A stretch of 60,995 nucleotides of DNA from an uncultured archaeon (GCA_964525635.1 CAZGJX010000010.1:1-60995), one strand, 5' to 3'. Shown: positions 10,047 to 21,196, counted from the first letter of the stretch. The notes: a model not told the origin generated them from the sequence alone. Made by a program: numbers and translations.

Positions 10047-10526
10047 ATACCTATAATAGAAGGTTGGGAACTTTCTCCAGATAGAGATGATATGTATCAG
10101 AAAATAGTGAGTAAATATCCTGTAGGTGATCCATTAATTACTTCAAAATGTAAACTTAATAATGATAATGGTTTACTTGTAGCTAGCGAAAATGGATTTG
10201 CTTGGAGATTAAAAATGGGAATGAATACTCCAATGATGTCCGCTGGAAAAAGTAAATGGATACGGTGGCATGATTTAGCTGAGATAATTCCAAAAAAACC
10301 TGGGCAAATATTGGTTAAAATCAAAGTTCGGAAAAATGGACAATTAAAACTAGATGGAAAAGGTAATGCAAAAATAAAGAAATGGAAATTCACATTAGCA
10401 AGAAATAAAGATGAAGATAAAGGCCATTTTACTAATAGAAGAGAAAAGTTCCTCAATCTTATAACAGAAATTTATAACAGTAATAAAGGTCAAGGAGATC
10501 CTCCTACAAGTGATTCAGTAATGTAA
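10047..10526 (+). CDS. Hypothetical protein (possibly PH-like); probable ATA start
   Basis: The ORF-track N-terminus from 9837 is low-complexity intergenic sequence; AGGTGA SD at 10036-10041 precedes in-frame ATA at 10047 (PIIEGWELSP...). Confidence 0.6.
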   Translation: MPIIEGWELSPDRDDMYQKIVSKYPVGDPLITSKCKLNNDNGLLVASENGFAWRLKMGMNTPMMSAGKSKWIRWHDLAEIIPKKPGQILVKIKVRKNGQLKLDGKGNAKIKKWKFTLARNKDEDKGHFTNRREKFLNLITEIYNSNKGQGDPPTSDSVM

Positions 10527-10665
10527 TAATTTTTTAACTATAGTGTTTTTTTTTTTTATATTTATTTCTCTTTTCAAATCTTCTCAAAACATAAATCTAA
10601 TAATTTAAAAAATAAAAATATTAAAATCAACATAATAAGTAAATATAACCAAAATTTATTATCAT

Positions 10666-12120
10666 CTAATTATTCCTTGTTGATATTATTTTACGTGAAA
10701 AAGGATCATAATGGTTAGAATCATGTTTAGAAATTATTTTTTCAAAAAATTTTTGAGATAGTTTAAAAAATACATTTTCATATCCAGCTCTAAATATTTC
10801 TTTTTTCCATCTAAGATACGCTGGAGATCTAATTAATTTAAAAATTGGTATTTTTTTTTGGGTAAATATTTTCTTACCTACAATAGAACTAATAAGTGTA
10901 ATCATTTCTAACTGATTTCTATGTTTTAAATAATTAGGTGCACGTTGTCTTCGAATTTTAGACCAACTATAAAGGTTGGTGGGAGGTTTGAAACCGCTTT
11001 TAATAGCGCGTTCATAAATTAAAGTTTTAGGATAGGGAAAAAGTATTTTTATTGAAAAATCACAATCTGGATTGATCTTTTTTATTTTTTTTATTAGAGT
11101 TATAGTCTTTTGTAAATCCTCTTTAGTTTCATCAGGAATCCCAATCATCCAACTATAATCTGCTATAATATTGATATCCTTAGTTATTTTGGCACTTCTA
11201 ATTATATCTTCCAATGATATTTTTTTATTCAGTATATTTAATATTTTTTGAGAACCTGATTCTACTCCAAAAAACATTTGACTGCAGCCATGCTTTTTTG
11301 CTTCTTTAGCTAATGAGTAGGTTAATTTATCGACTCGTAACTCTGCTTTCCATTCTAAACTTTTATTTTTGAAATATTTAAAGAGAATTTTAATTCGTTC
11401 CGAATTTGCAAAAAAATTATCATCATAAAAATTGATTTTTTGAATATCAAAATTTAATACTCTATTGAATTCTTGAATACATTTCTCAGCGGTCCATCCT
11501 CGCCAATAATTATTTAAAAAAGTATTATAACAAAAACTACATTTAAAGGGACATCCACGACTAGTTATCAAATTAAGAGTATTATTTTTTATATATCTCA
11601 TTGGATTTACTAAATCCCAAGGAATACATAATTTATTTAACTCAGCACTATCTAATAGCTCTCTATTAGGATTATGAATAATTTTATTATTTTTTTTATA
11701 AGAAAGTCCATTTATTTGACTTTTTTTTTTACCACTCACTAATTCAAAATAAGAAAATTCACCTTCTCCTCGAATTACAAAATCTATTAGTTGATTTTGA
11801 AGAGTTTGGCCAGGAAGAATTGTTGGATGGACACCCCCCCATACAATTTTGATATCTTTAAATTCTTTTTTTATGATTTTACTAATTTTCAATGCATGAT
11901 AGATTTGAGGACCAGTCATTACTGATATTCCTATATATTCTGGTGCTGTTTCATAAATAATACTTAATACTCGATTTATTTTATCAAATCGAAGATCTAA
12001 GGTTTTTACATCAATATTTCGTTTTCTTAGATAATCAGCAATAAATAATATAGAATAAGGAGGTGTTGCTAGCTGAGTACCCATAAATTCAAGTTGAGGA
12101 TAGATTAATACTGTATTCAT
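10666..12120 (-). CDS. B12-binding domain radical SAM protein
   Basis: 'IVWGGVHPT', 'RGEGE', 'TSRGCPFKCSFC', 'FGVESGS'. Confidence 0.92.
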   Translation of the reverse strand: MNTVLIYPQLEFMGTQLATPPYSILFIADYLRKRNIDVKTLDLRFDKINRVLSIIYETAPEYIGISVMTGPQIYHALKISKIIKKEFKDIKIVWGGVHPTILPGQTLQNQLIDFVIRGEGEFSYFELVSGKKKSQINGLSYKKNNKIIHNPNRELLDSAELNKLCIPWDLVNPMRYIKNNTLNLITSRGCPFKCSFCYNTFLNNYWRGWTAEKCIQEFNRVLNFDIQKINFYDDNFFANSERIKILFKYFKNKSLEWKAELRVDKLTYSLAKEAKKHGCSQMFFGVESGSQKILNILNKKISLEDIIRSAKITKDINIIADYSWMIGIPDETKEDLQKTITLIKKIKKINPDCDFSIKILFPYPKTLIYERAIKSGFKPPTNLYSWSKIRRQRAPNYLKHRNQLEMITLISSIVGKKIFTQKKIPIFKLIRSPAYLRWKKEIFRAGYENVFFKLSQKFFEKIISKHDSNHYDPFSRKIISTRNN

Positions 12121-12510
12121 CTTATAACCTTATTTGATTAAAATCAACCAATGTTTATATGTTCAAATTCAATCTATTTTTAATTATGATTTTGAGATTT
12201 ATAATCTATTCATTTAATTTTTTTATTTCTTATATCTTAAAAGTGTGTGTAAAGTTTCAGTTTTTTATTAAATCTAAACATTATCAGATATAGTAAAAGG
12301 GAGATAAATTAAAAATTTTTACTATAAAATAAAAAATGAGACCTTTTATTCTTTATTTATGTTCTAAAATTAGATTAAATTTAAAATTAAGCAATTAATA
12401 AGATAGTAATTTAACCAATAAGGAAGATCATCAATCAATATATAAAATATTTAAATTAATAGTTTCTATTAATTATTATTAAAATTCTAATTAAATAAAA
12501 TTTGATATCT

Positions 12511-12912
12511 ATGAAGGAAGTAAGAATTATATCTATTGATGAACGAGGTCGTCTAGTTTTACCACAAGTAATACGTAAAAGTCTTGGAATAACAATAAAT
12601 ACGCAATTAATGATGGTTGCAGATTCAGAATTGAAAGAAATTAAAATCGCACCAGTTGGATTAGATAAGGATCAAAAACCAATTAAATTAAGAATTACTA
12701 TGGATGATGTCCCTGGCTCATTAGCAAAGATAGCAAAAACTTTTGGTAATTTAGGAATCTCCTTGATGTATGGAGAATCTGCAATATTAGAAAAGAATAA
12801 GACAGCTTTGTGGACGGTTATAACACCCACTCCTAACATACCTTTAGAAGATTTAGAAAAGCGTTTGAAGAATGAGGGAGATGCACTTAAAGTAGAAATC
12901 GTTCCTCTTTAA
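12511..12912 (+). CDS. AbrB/SpoVT DNA-binding + ACT domain regulator
   Basis: 'SIDERGRLVLPQVIRKSLGI' (AbrB); 'MDDVPGSLAKIAKTFGNLGISL' (ACT). Confidence 0.8.
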   Translation: MKEVRIISIDERGRLVLPQVIRKSLGITINTQLMMVADSELKEIKIAPVGLDKDQKPIKLRITMDDVPGSLAKIAKTFGNLGISLMYGESAILEKNKTALWTVITPTPNIPLEDLEKRLKNEGDALKVEIVPL

Positions 12913-13107
12913 ATGAGAAAAATTAATATCTTACTTTTTTCAAGATCATTTCTTAATACTGACCAAAATATTATATTTTCGATATTGATTTTTATTTATA
13001 GAAAAATCTAATTAGAACGATATAAATAAAGGTATTATTTTTATTATATTTATAAGATATTTCTTTAATATATAACCAATTAATATAAAAGAAGTGTTGG
13101 AAAGTCT

Positions 13108-13809
13108 ATGGCAAAAAAAAAACGCCAAAAAAAGAAAAAAGAATCAGAATCAACCGTCTACTCATTAGATGAAGCACTCAAGTCAACAATAAAAACTGAG
13201 AGCGATTTACAAGGCCTTTTAGGATCATTATCTAATGGAACTGGAACTTACCAAAGAAAAACAGATTCAGAGTCAAAAATAGAACCAAAATTATTTTATG
13301 ATACAGAAAAAGCAAAAAAAATTGCTGAAGAATATGCATTAGAAGGAGTCCCTTTAATACAACGAGAACGAGTAAAAGAAAGAAAAAAAATAGTCGCAGA
13401 GAAACCGACCATTGAGAAAAGCCCCGTTCCTGTTTCAGTGGAAAAGGAGATAAAGAAGGAGAGTAATCTTTATGATAAATTAGGTATGTTTTTTAAGGAA
13501 ATGTTTGAAGGAAATGGAGAACGATATAATCAATGGGAAACCTCAATTTCTACACTTTTAACTATCTTAAGAAAAATGAGGAAAATTACTAAAAAAAATA
13601 CAGAAGAATTAGTTCTTCGGATAAGTCAGGCATATGCAGGGGTACAGGACCATTTAGAACAGTTTAAGACGAAAAGAGATGAAATTGAAAGTATAGCAGG
13701 AGTTAATATTGAAAATATGTCAATTGATTTCAAAAAAGTTTTGGGATTATTGGAATTACAAGTAAAAGAATATCAATTAAAACGATTTTCGGATGAGTTA
13801 TTCCATTAG
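13108..13809 (+). CDS. Hypothetical protein with basic N-terminus and helical/coiled-coil C-terminus
   Basis: 233-aa ORF, first gene of a closely spaced cluster with the actin-like gene. Confidence 0.7.
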   Translation: MAKKKRQKKKKESESTVYSLDEALKSTIKTESDLQGLLGSLSNGTGTYQRKTDSESKIEPKLFYDTEKAKKIAEEYALEGVPLIQRERVKERKKIVAEKPTIEKSPVPVSVEKEIKKESNLYDKLGMFFKEMFEGNGERYNQWETSISTLLTILRKMRKITKKNTEELVLRISQAYAGVQDHLEQFKTKRDEIESIAGVNIENMSIDFKKVLGLLELQVKEYQLKRFSDELFH

Positions 13810-13852
13810 AGATAATTATATCAAATAAATTTATTACAGGATATATATTAAT

Positions 13853-15019
13853 ATGTCGTCCAATGAAGATAATTACCTTAGACCTTTAATTTTAGATATT
13901 GGAAGTAATACATTTAAATTGGGATGGGCAGGTGAAGATTTTCCAGAAATTATTGCTCCCAGTATTTATGTAGATAAAACAGATTATATATTTAGTTCAG
14001 ATATTATTGAAGGTCTTGAAGATATATTTATTGATAATGATGATGATGAATATAAATATGGACATGAGGCTTTAAAATATCAAAACATTTTAAAGATTCA
14101 TGAGTTTAAAAAAGAGAATAATTTTAACATATTTAAAAAATACTTTATCTATCAATATGAAAAACTAAATATACCTTCTGAATTTTTATTCATGCAACCG
14201 ATTATTATAATAACTCCTTTTATTTTAACTGATATTGACAGGGTTAAAATTCAAAAAATCTTATTTGAAGAATTTCAATATCCCTATATATTATTTTTAC
14301 CAGATGATAAGGCGATAATATCGACATTAAAGAAAGCAGATGGTGTTATAGTAAATATGGGAGAATCTAATACATATATATCCTCAATTTATCATGGATT
14401 TACAAATATAATGGCAAGAGATATATTTCCTATTGCAGGTAAAGATCTAACAAATTATTTTCTTAATATAATTTTAAAGGGTCGAGGAGCCACAAAAAAT
14501 TTTTATATAGATAATTATTTAGCAAAGGAAATTAAAGAAAAAATGGGTTTATGTGTTTTAAATACAAAAAAAGAAAAAGCTCGAATAAAGGAAGGCTTAA
14601 CAAAATATAATAGAATCATAAATTTACCTGATAATTCCCAATTTGAAATAAATTTTGAAAGATTTCAGCTCGTTGAACCAATTTTTGATCCAAAATTAAT
14701 TCATATAGATTATTTAAGTCTTCCTGAAGTAATTACTAAGATTATAAAATTTTGGGACAGAGAAAACTGGGGTGCTCTTTTGTCAAATATCATCCTTGCG
14801 GGAGGAGCAAGTCTTTTTCCTGGTTTAAAAGAAAGATTAATATTTGAATTAAAAAAAAACTTTTCAGAACAATTAGGTGAAAAAATACAAATTCTTGCTG
14901 TATCAGGTAGAGAAAATATGAGTTGGATAGGAAGCTCCATTTTATATTCTCAAGATAAATTAGTAGGTTGGGCTAAAAATCCTATTTTAAAAGAAAACTC
15001 TGTTCAGCAAAATGAATAA
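13853..15019 (+). CDS. Divergent actin-related protein (Asgard actin/ARP family)
   Basis: 'LILDIGSNTFKLGWAGEDFP', 'IAGKDLTNY', 'AKEIKEK', 'LPD...ERFQLVEPIFDP', 'NIILAGGASLFPGLKERL', 'SWIGSSIL'. Confidence 0.88.
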   Translation: MSSNEDNYLRPLILDIGSNTFKLGWAGEDFPEIIAPSIYVDKTDYIFSSDIIEGLEDIFIDNDDDEYKYGHEALKYQNILKIHEFKKENNFNIFKKYFIYQYEKLNIPSEFLFMQPIIIITPFILTDIDRVKIQKILFEEFQYPYILFLPDDKAIISTLKKADGVIVNMGESNTYISSIYHGFTNIMARDIFPIAGKDLTNYFLNIILKGRGATKNFYIDNYLAKEIKEKMGLCVLNTKKEKARIKEGLTKYNRIINLPDNSQFEINFERFQLVEPIFDPKLIHIDYLSLPEVITKIIKFWDRENWGALLSNIILAGGASLFPGLKERLIFELKKNFSEQLGEKIQILAVSGRENMSWIGSSILYSQDKLVGWAKNPILKENSVQQNE

Positions 15020-15051
15020 TTTAATTAATTATAATTAGGAGGAAAATCAAG

Positions 15052-17628
15052 TTGACTGACAGCTTAAAAAAAAAAGAAGCATTCCTCAATAATTTTCAAG
15101 AGAGTGTTATTCAGGGAAGAAAACTTCTTCAAGCGGGTAATCATCATTGGGCAACTCGAATATTTATAGATCTTTATTTTGAAATAGAAACTAAAGAATG
15201 GCTTGATGTTCAGAAAAAACATCAATTAATTATGATTTTATCGAATTCTTGGTGGATTTATCTTAATTCACTTAAAGGAAAAAAAAAAGATGGAGAATTT
15301 GACTTAATTAAATATATTGATGCATATAATAGATTTTTCTCATTTCTTTCAAAATTAGAAGATTTTGGTCTTTTTGATAATTTTGTAACAGATTTATTAA
15401 AAAATTTTATTAAAATCGAAAATCTATCTGTTGAAGGTATTACTAAATTTGTTAATTCTTTTTCTATTAAAGTAATTGAGAAAAATAAATCTCTAAAATT
15501 AATAGAATTGCAGATATTATTAATGTATTTAAGAAAATCAGTAATACCTACGGAATCCTTTAGATTTTCGATGGAACATTTAGGTAGAATTATATATAAA
15601 TTAGAACCTAGTAGAAGATCCTTATTTTTATTTATAGTATTAGAAAATGTTAATATAAAATTTAACCTTCTTGAAAATTCAGAAGAATTTATTAAATTAA
15701 TGAATAAAATATTAGTAAATAGAATTCCAAATTATCTTAAGACGGATTTCAGTAATTTAGGTCGAATATCTATAAATGAAAAAACTTTTAATTCAATTAA
15801 AGAAGATCTCATTAGTTTAATAGAATATCTAAATAATATTGGAGAAGCATCTTGGATAATTATTGTTATAAGAAGTCTATTTCAAAATATAAAAAGATTT
15901 CAATCATTAGGTGATGCAATAGTTCTAATTCGCCAATTTATTGATTATACTATTGATAGAAATCGGTTTCATATTGCATATGAAATTTATGATTTTTTGG
16001 AGGATTTATTTCTAATTCAATCAGACCTAGGTTATGATAATGTTTTAATTGAATTATGGGCTGAAGCATGTAAAAAATTCGTTAATATGAAAGAGAAAAA
16101 ATATTTATTACAATCAATTGAAAAATTAACTAATAACCTTAAAGTACCTCAAAAAAATCCACAGATCTTTCATTTTTTTTATACATACAATTACTTGTGG
16201 AAGTTTAAATCAATGTTTTTTTATTTAGAAAAACAAGATTTTTGGAAAATGTTATTTTATAGAGCATTATATGAAGACAATAATTTTCCACTTGCAAGAA
16301 AAATAACTTCTTTTTTAAGTAAGAGAATTAAATCTCTTTTAGGCGATCTTGAAGCATTATATAATGAGACAAAAGATTTACGGCATCAGATTTATTCCTT
16401 AGATGATGAAAAAAGTAATTTGATTAATGATGTTAATTTTGAGATAAAGAATATGATTATTAGAATAAACTCTAAAGGACAAATATCATATAGAATATTA
16501 TCAATCAATAATGAAACAATAGAAGGTATTATTCAAACTGAACAATGGAATGATACTCATATTATTGAAATATACAATGATCTTTTTTCGGATAAAAAGA
16601 ATAAAGATTATGATATAGATTTAAAGGAATTTGGATCAATATTATACCTTCTCTTACCAAAATTGATAAGGGACTTTTTAACACAATTTAAAGTTCGAAG
16701 TATAAATTTTATTCCACAGATATATTTCATATTAGACCACATGACAATTCCATTTGAACTAATCTATGATGGAAATTTCTTCTTTTTAAAATATTCAGGT
16801 GGTTATAAGATAGGAGAACCCCCAATACATGGAGTGAATTTTGAAGAAGAACGATTCAATTTAAATAAATCTGAAGATGAGATAAAAAATAATGTTTTGA
16901 TAATTAGTTCTACTAATGCCTTTGGACCGACTAAATGGAATGAAGATATAAAAAATAAAGAATTATTATTTCCATTTCCAGCAGGCGAAAAAGAATTATC
17001 CTTTATAACCAGTTTTTTTAATCAGCATGAAAAAGTAAATAATATTGAAATATTATCAGATAGAGAAAGTACAAAACAAAATATATTAGAAAAAATATCT
17101 CAAGGAACCTGTAACATAATATATATCGTTGGTAATATTTTTTATTCTAACCTGAATCCACAAAATAGTTATTTTATAACCAATGATAATAATATCATAA
17201 AATTTGTGGAATTATTTGATGTATTAAGGAGTAAAAGAAATAGAATTAAACCACTTATATTCTTTAACACTCAAATATATGATAGTATTGGAGATCGCAT
17301 AGAAGACGATCTCAGAAGTTTTGGAGAAATTATATCTAAATTCGAATTTAATGATATAATGGGTATTATTTGCAGGAGCTATCCAATTTTCAATGATGGA
17401 ACAAAGCAAATAATTGCAAATTTCTTTATAAATCTTTTTAATCATAATAGTCAAGGTATTTCATTATTAAAAGCTAGACAACAGTATATGGCAGATAAAA
17501 CCGCGCAATTAATTGAAAAACAAATATTAGAAAAAGCTGATGAGAAAGATGATACACATATAAATGTTGAAACTAGTCAAGCAATCTCAAGTTTTATACT
17601 TTATGGTGAACCATGGAAAAAATTATAA
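15052..17628 (+). CDS. Alpha-helical repeat protein with a C-terminal degenerate CHAT (caspase-HetF) domain
   Basis: CHAT landmarks 'IPFELIYDG', 'SLLKARQ', 'FILYGEP'; catalytic motif positions read 'IIYIVGN' and 'LIFFNTQ'. Confidence 0.65.
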   Translation: MTDSLKKKEAFLNNFQESVIQGRKLLQAGNHHWATRIFIDLYFEIETKEWLDVQKKHQLIMILSNSWWIYLNSLKGKKKDGEFDLIKYIDAYNRFFSFLSKLEDFGLFDNFVTDLLKNFIKIENLSVEGITKFVNSFSIKVIEKNKSLKLIELQILLMYLRKSVIPTESFRFSMEHLGRIIYKLEPSRRSLFLFIVLENVNIKFNLLENSEEFIKLMNKILVNRIPNYLKTDFSNLGRISINEKTFNSIKEDLISLIEYLNNIGEASWIIIVIRSLFQNIKRFQSLGDAIVLIRQFIDYTIDRNRFHIAYEIYDFLEDLFLIQSDLGYDNVLIELWAEACKKFVNMKEKKYLLQSIEKLTNNLKVPQKNPQIFHFFYTYNYLWKFKSMFFYLEKQDFWKMLFYRALYEDNNFPLARKITSFLSKRIKSLLGDLEALYNETKDLRHQIYSLDDEKSNLINDVNFEIKNMIIRINSKGQISYRILSINNETIEGIIQTEQWNDTHIIEIYNDLFSDKKNKDYDIDLKEFGSILYLLLPKLIRDFLTQFKVRSINFIPQIYFILDHMTIPFELIYDGNFFFLKYSGGYKIGEPPIHGVNFEEERFNLNKSEDEIKNNVLIISSTNAFGPTKWNEDIKNKELLFPFPAGEKELSFITSFFNQHEKVNNIEILSDRESTKQNILEKISQGTCNIIYIVGNIFYSNLNPQNSYFITNDNNIIKFVELFDVLRSKRNRIKPLIFFNTQIYDSIGDRIEDDLRSFGEIISKFEFNDIMGIICRSYPIFNDGTKQIIANFFINLFNHNSQGISLLKARQQYMADKTAQLIEKQILEKADEKDDTHINVETSQAISSFILYGEPWKKL

Positions 17629-17742
17629 AATTTTCCAATTTAAAACGTATATTTTTGGAATTAAATGTTAAATATAATATCTTTCTATAGAATTATAACT
17701 TAATAAGAAATAAAAAAAAACATAATTTATACAGTGATTATA

Positions 17743-18276
17743 ATGTCTGATAGACTGACTGAATTAAGAATTGAAAATAAAAAATTGAAAGAACAAATCG
17801 AAAATTTAGAGAAAAAAGTATTATCACTTGTAGGAAATATAGATATAAATACATCTGGAGGTCCAAAAAGCAAAGATCTGCTTAATAATGAAGTAATAGA
17901 ATTAATAAATACTACTGAAGATCAACTTAATATTTTATCTCCTAAAATAGACAGATTTTATACTAATGAAATAAAGAAAATTGCAAATAAAGGAATTAAG
18001 GTGCTTATAATAACCAATGAAAGAAGTGCTATTCCCAAAGAATACCGTGCGTTTTATGACGAATTGAAAAATTTGAAAGGAATTGATATTATAAACAATC
18101 CACGAGTAAAGTTTTTATTAATATTTAATACAGAAAATGCAATATATTCTGGAGGTAATTTAGACAAAACTGAATTAGAAAATTCAATTTTAATTGAAAC
18201 AAAGATAAGTGAATCATCTAAATTAAATAAAATTAAAGAGATCTTTAGTTTATTACTTCCATCATTTATGAGATGA
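17743..18276 (+). CDS. Coiled-coil + PLD-like/TrmB-C-type domain protein
   Basis: 'ELINTTEDQLNILSP', 'KGIKVLIITN', 'AIYSGGNL'; no intact HKD. Confidence 0.5.
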   Translation: MSDRLTELRIENKKLKEQIENLEKKVLSLVGNIDINTSGGPKSKDLLNNEVIELINTTEDQLNILSPKIDRFYTNEIKKIANKGIKVLIITNERSAIPKEYRAFYDELKNLKGIDIINNPRVKFLLIFNTENAIYSGGNLDKTELENSILIETKISESSKLNKIKEIFSLLLPSFMR

Positions 18277-18565
18277 TTAATATATTTATTTCTTTCATAT
18301 GTGAAAAAAAAACCGGATAATTTGAATTATAATATAAAGATATTAATTTCTTGTTAAAGATTATTCTTTAATATATAAATTAATAATGAGTTGAGGATAA
18401 GAATAGCATTTGCTTTAATATTTAATAACATATCAAATATTATTATTTAATAAATAAATTAATGAAATACAATTTATTCAAGATAATTGGAAACATAATA
18501 AAAATAATATACATGATAAAAACTAAATTAAGTAAATAATAAACAAAAAAACCTGTCCTTTTAAT

Positions 18566-20758
18566 ATGATAGTAGAAAAACAAATAGATACTAATGAAAT
18601 AGTTAAATTATTTGGAATTAATTCAACTATCTTTAAAAATTTCAGCGTTTTTTTTAAAAAAATAGGGGAATCGCAAAAATCTAATTATGATAATAATTTT
18701 ATAAAATGGAAGGAAAAATTCCTTAAAATTTATGATCAAGAATGCACACAAGAATTATTTTCAAGACATTTATATTATGTAACCATTTTGGAGCTTCTCT
18801 TAATTTCTAAAATAACTCATATTAAAAAATATGAAATAAAAGAATTATATGATATATATATTACAAATTCCATTGAATCAATATCTAATATTAAGGAATT
18901 TCACTTTTATAAATGGTTAAAAGTTAATCAGAAACTCTTTAAAGATATATATAAAGAAGTTAAAGATTTCTCATATAAAATAGGAGATTTATTTCATTCT
19001 TTATATCAGCACTTATTCTTTTTATCAGCCAGGCATAGAATTGGTGAATTTTATACCCCCTCAAATCTTGTAAAAAAAATGGTTAAAGATTCTTATGTAT
19101 TTGGTCAAAAAGTATTAGATCCTTCATGTGGATCAGGGAATTTTATTTTAGAAATTATAATAAAAATATTGAATTCAAAAGAAAGTGATCAATCTAAATT
19201 AAAAGCAATAAGAAACATTTATGGTTTTGATATCAATCCGCTAGCAACCTTAACTGTTAAAACTAATTTATCTTTATTATTTTATGAAAACTTTCCAGAT
19301 TCTGACAATAAAAATACCTATATCAATATTTTTCTAATTGATTCATTATTTGAAAATGAGGAAAAAAATATTGATAAAAAGATAAAGAATCTTTATAATT
19401 CTTTTGATTTAATTATTGGAAATCCTCCATGGTTAACCTATAAAGATTTAAATGATAAATCATATCAAAATAAAATTCGCCATTTAGCCGAAAGTTTAGG
19501 TATTAAACCAGATAGTCAATATATTACTCATATAGAATTGGCAACAATTTTCTTCTATAATATACCTCAAAGATTCCTAAAATTAAATTGTACTATTTTT
19601 TTTGTTATGCCCCAAAGTGTTTTAAATGGTGATCATTGCACAAAATTTAGAGCATTTACATATTTTAATGATTTAGAAATATGGGATTTTCCCAAAAAAT
19701 ATTTTTTTAATGTTAATCATATTTGTTTAAAAGCTAAATATATAGGAGATCAAGATCCTATCATTGGGAATAAATATCCAATAAAATCTAAAATATTTGA
19801 TAATGAGCTAAAATTAAAAAAGAAAACAAATTATTCGACACTAAAAATAAGTCATAATGGAGCTTTATTAATTTTACCCAAAGAAGAACTAAGGTATCTT
19901 CAAAATATCACTTACAGTGATTATAAAGAAAAGTTTTCTCAAGGAGCAACACTAGTTCCAAGAACCCTTGTATTTTTTCAGATTATTGACACAACAGATA
20001 ATCATTATATTATATCTTCTGATAAAGATATTCAATCAAGATCTAAGAATGAATGGATATACTCATTTAAGAACATTGAAATTGAAAAAGAATTTCGTTT
20101 TATAACATTTTTGAACTTAGATCTAGTGCCGTTTGTTTTAAAAAAGAAAAGAAATGCATTTATACCTATTAAAAAAGATGATTTTACTTTTGATCTTGAA
20201 TATTTAAAAAAATTCCCAAAAGCATTTGAATTTTATAAAGAAATAAACAAAATTTATAAATTAAAGAAAAAAAAAACAAGCAGAATTAATGATTTATTTT
20301 CAAATTTAAATTATTGGAATAAATTATTAAAACAAGGAGATTATAAGCTTTATACGGTTGTGTACAATGCAAGTGGTTCAAATATTAAATCAGCTGTAAT
20401 TAAACAATATGAGGAAAAAATCATAATTGGATCAGAAAATTACTATTATTCGACAGATTCTAAATATGAAGCTTATTATCTCTCAGCTATTTTAAATTCA
20501 CGACATTTAAATAGATATATTAATGTAATTAAAAGCTCACGCCATATTCATAAAAGACCATTTCATTTCCCTATTCCTATATACAGCGAAAATAATGAAA
20601 ATCATTACAAACTTGCTAAAAAAGGTATTAAATACACTACATATGTAGGTGATTTACTTCTTAATAATCCAGATATTACAACCAATAAAATTAGAACTGT
20701 TCTGAATGAAAATTTTAATCAATTAGATAATCTAACAAAAAAAATAGTTTTCAAATAG
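18566..20758 (+). CDS. N6-adenine DNA methyltransferase (type IIG-like M+S architecture)
   Basis: 'GEFYTP', 'VLDPSCGSGNF', 'FDINP', 'IIGNPPW'; C-terminal TRD-like 'YLSAILNS'. Confidence 0.85.
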   Translation: MIVEKQIDTNEIVKLFGINSTIFKNFSVFFKKIGESQKSNYDNNFIKWKEKFLKIYDQECTQELFSRHLYYVTILELLLISKITHIKKYEIKELYDIYITNSIESISNIKEFHFYKWLKVNQKLFKDIYKEVKDFSYKIGDLFHSLYQHLFFLSARHRIGEFYTPSNLVKKMVKDSYVFGQKVLDPSCGSGNFILEIIIKILNSKESDQSKLKAIRNIYGFDINPLATLTVKTNLSLLFYENFPDSDNKNTYINIFLIDSLFENEEKNIDKKIKNLYNSFDLIIGNPPWLTYKDLNDKSYQNKIRHLAESLGIKPDSQYITHIELATIFFYNIPQRFLKLNCTIFFVMPQSVLNGDHCTKFRAFTYFNDLEIWDFPKKYFFNVNHICLKAKYIGDQDPIIGNKYPIKSKIFDNELKLKKKTNYSTLKISHNGALLILPKEELRYLQNITYSDYKEKFSQGATLVPRTLVFFQIIDTTDNHYIISSDKDIQSRSKNEWIYSFKNIEIEKEFRFITFLNLDLVPFVLKKKRNAFIPIKKDDFTFDLEYLKKFPKAFEFYKEINKIYKLKKKKTSRINDLFSNLNYWNKLLKQGDYKLYTVVYNASGSNIKSAVIKQYEEKIIIGSENYYYSTDSKYEAYYLSAILNSRHLNRYINVIKSSRHIHKRPFHFPIPIYSENNENHYKLAKKGIKYTTYVGDLLLNNPDITTNKIRTVLNENFNQLDNLTKKIVFK

Positions 20759-20887
20759 ATTTTTTATTTGTCATTTTAAGAGTTGAAACAGTAAGTTTTT
20801 TTGGAAACCAAATTTTTAAATTTATTGAACGTTATGCAATTTATATATAATTTTTAATTTAATTATTTATCAAGGTTATATTATCAA

Positions 20888-21016
20888 ATGCCAAGTCGTC
20901 GTGGAGATGGGACTCTTGTATTTAAAATATGCTTTTATGGGCCATCATTAGGAGGTAAAACTACAGCATTAGAATGGGTATACCATAAAGAAGGGCTTGC
21001 TTCTTTTTTACCGTAA
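20888..21016 (+). pseudogene. Truncated, intron-less 5' copy of the MglA-like GTPase gene (42 aa)
   Basis: Translates to MPSRRGDGTLVFKICFYGPSLGGKTTALEWVYHKEGLAS-FLP*; residues 2-39 are identical to the predicted spliced product of 23466-24183. Confidence 0.85.
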
Positions 21017-21179
21017 ATACCAATTCATTGATCACTTTATATAATTCTTCTACTTCAAGTCTAAATTCAAAACCGCTGTAATCTGTTAATCCAATCGAAT
21101 CTTGATCGTACATGGTCTTTAAGGTAAATATCTTATCTATTTCAGTTCCTTTAATCTGTTCTGCTCTTTGATCATCTAT
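20961..21179 (-). CDS. Small or truncated ORF (72 aa, ATA start) running into the GTPase fragment
   Basis: GAGGGA SD then ATA GAT GAT CAA...: DDQRAEQIKGTEIDKIFTLKTMYDQDSIGLTDYSGFEFRLEVEELYKVINELVF...; the 3' end is the antisense of the GTPase fragment. Confidence 0.4.
   Translation of the reverse strand: MDDQRAEQIKGTEIDKIFTLKTMYDQDSIGLTDYSGFEFRLEVEELYKVINELVFTVKKKQALLYGIPILML
20972..20994 (+). repeat. 23-bp direct repeat (att-like core), copy 1
   Basis: GAATGGGTATACCATAAAGAAGG, identical at 23578-23600; contains the palindrome GGTATACC. Confidence 0.8.
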
Positions 21180-21196
21180 TTTTTTCTATCCCTCAA

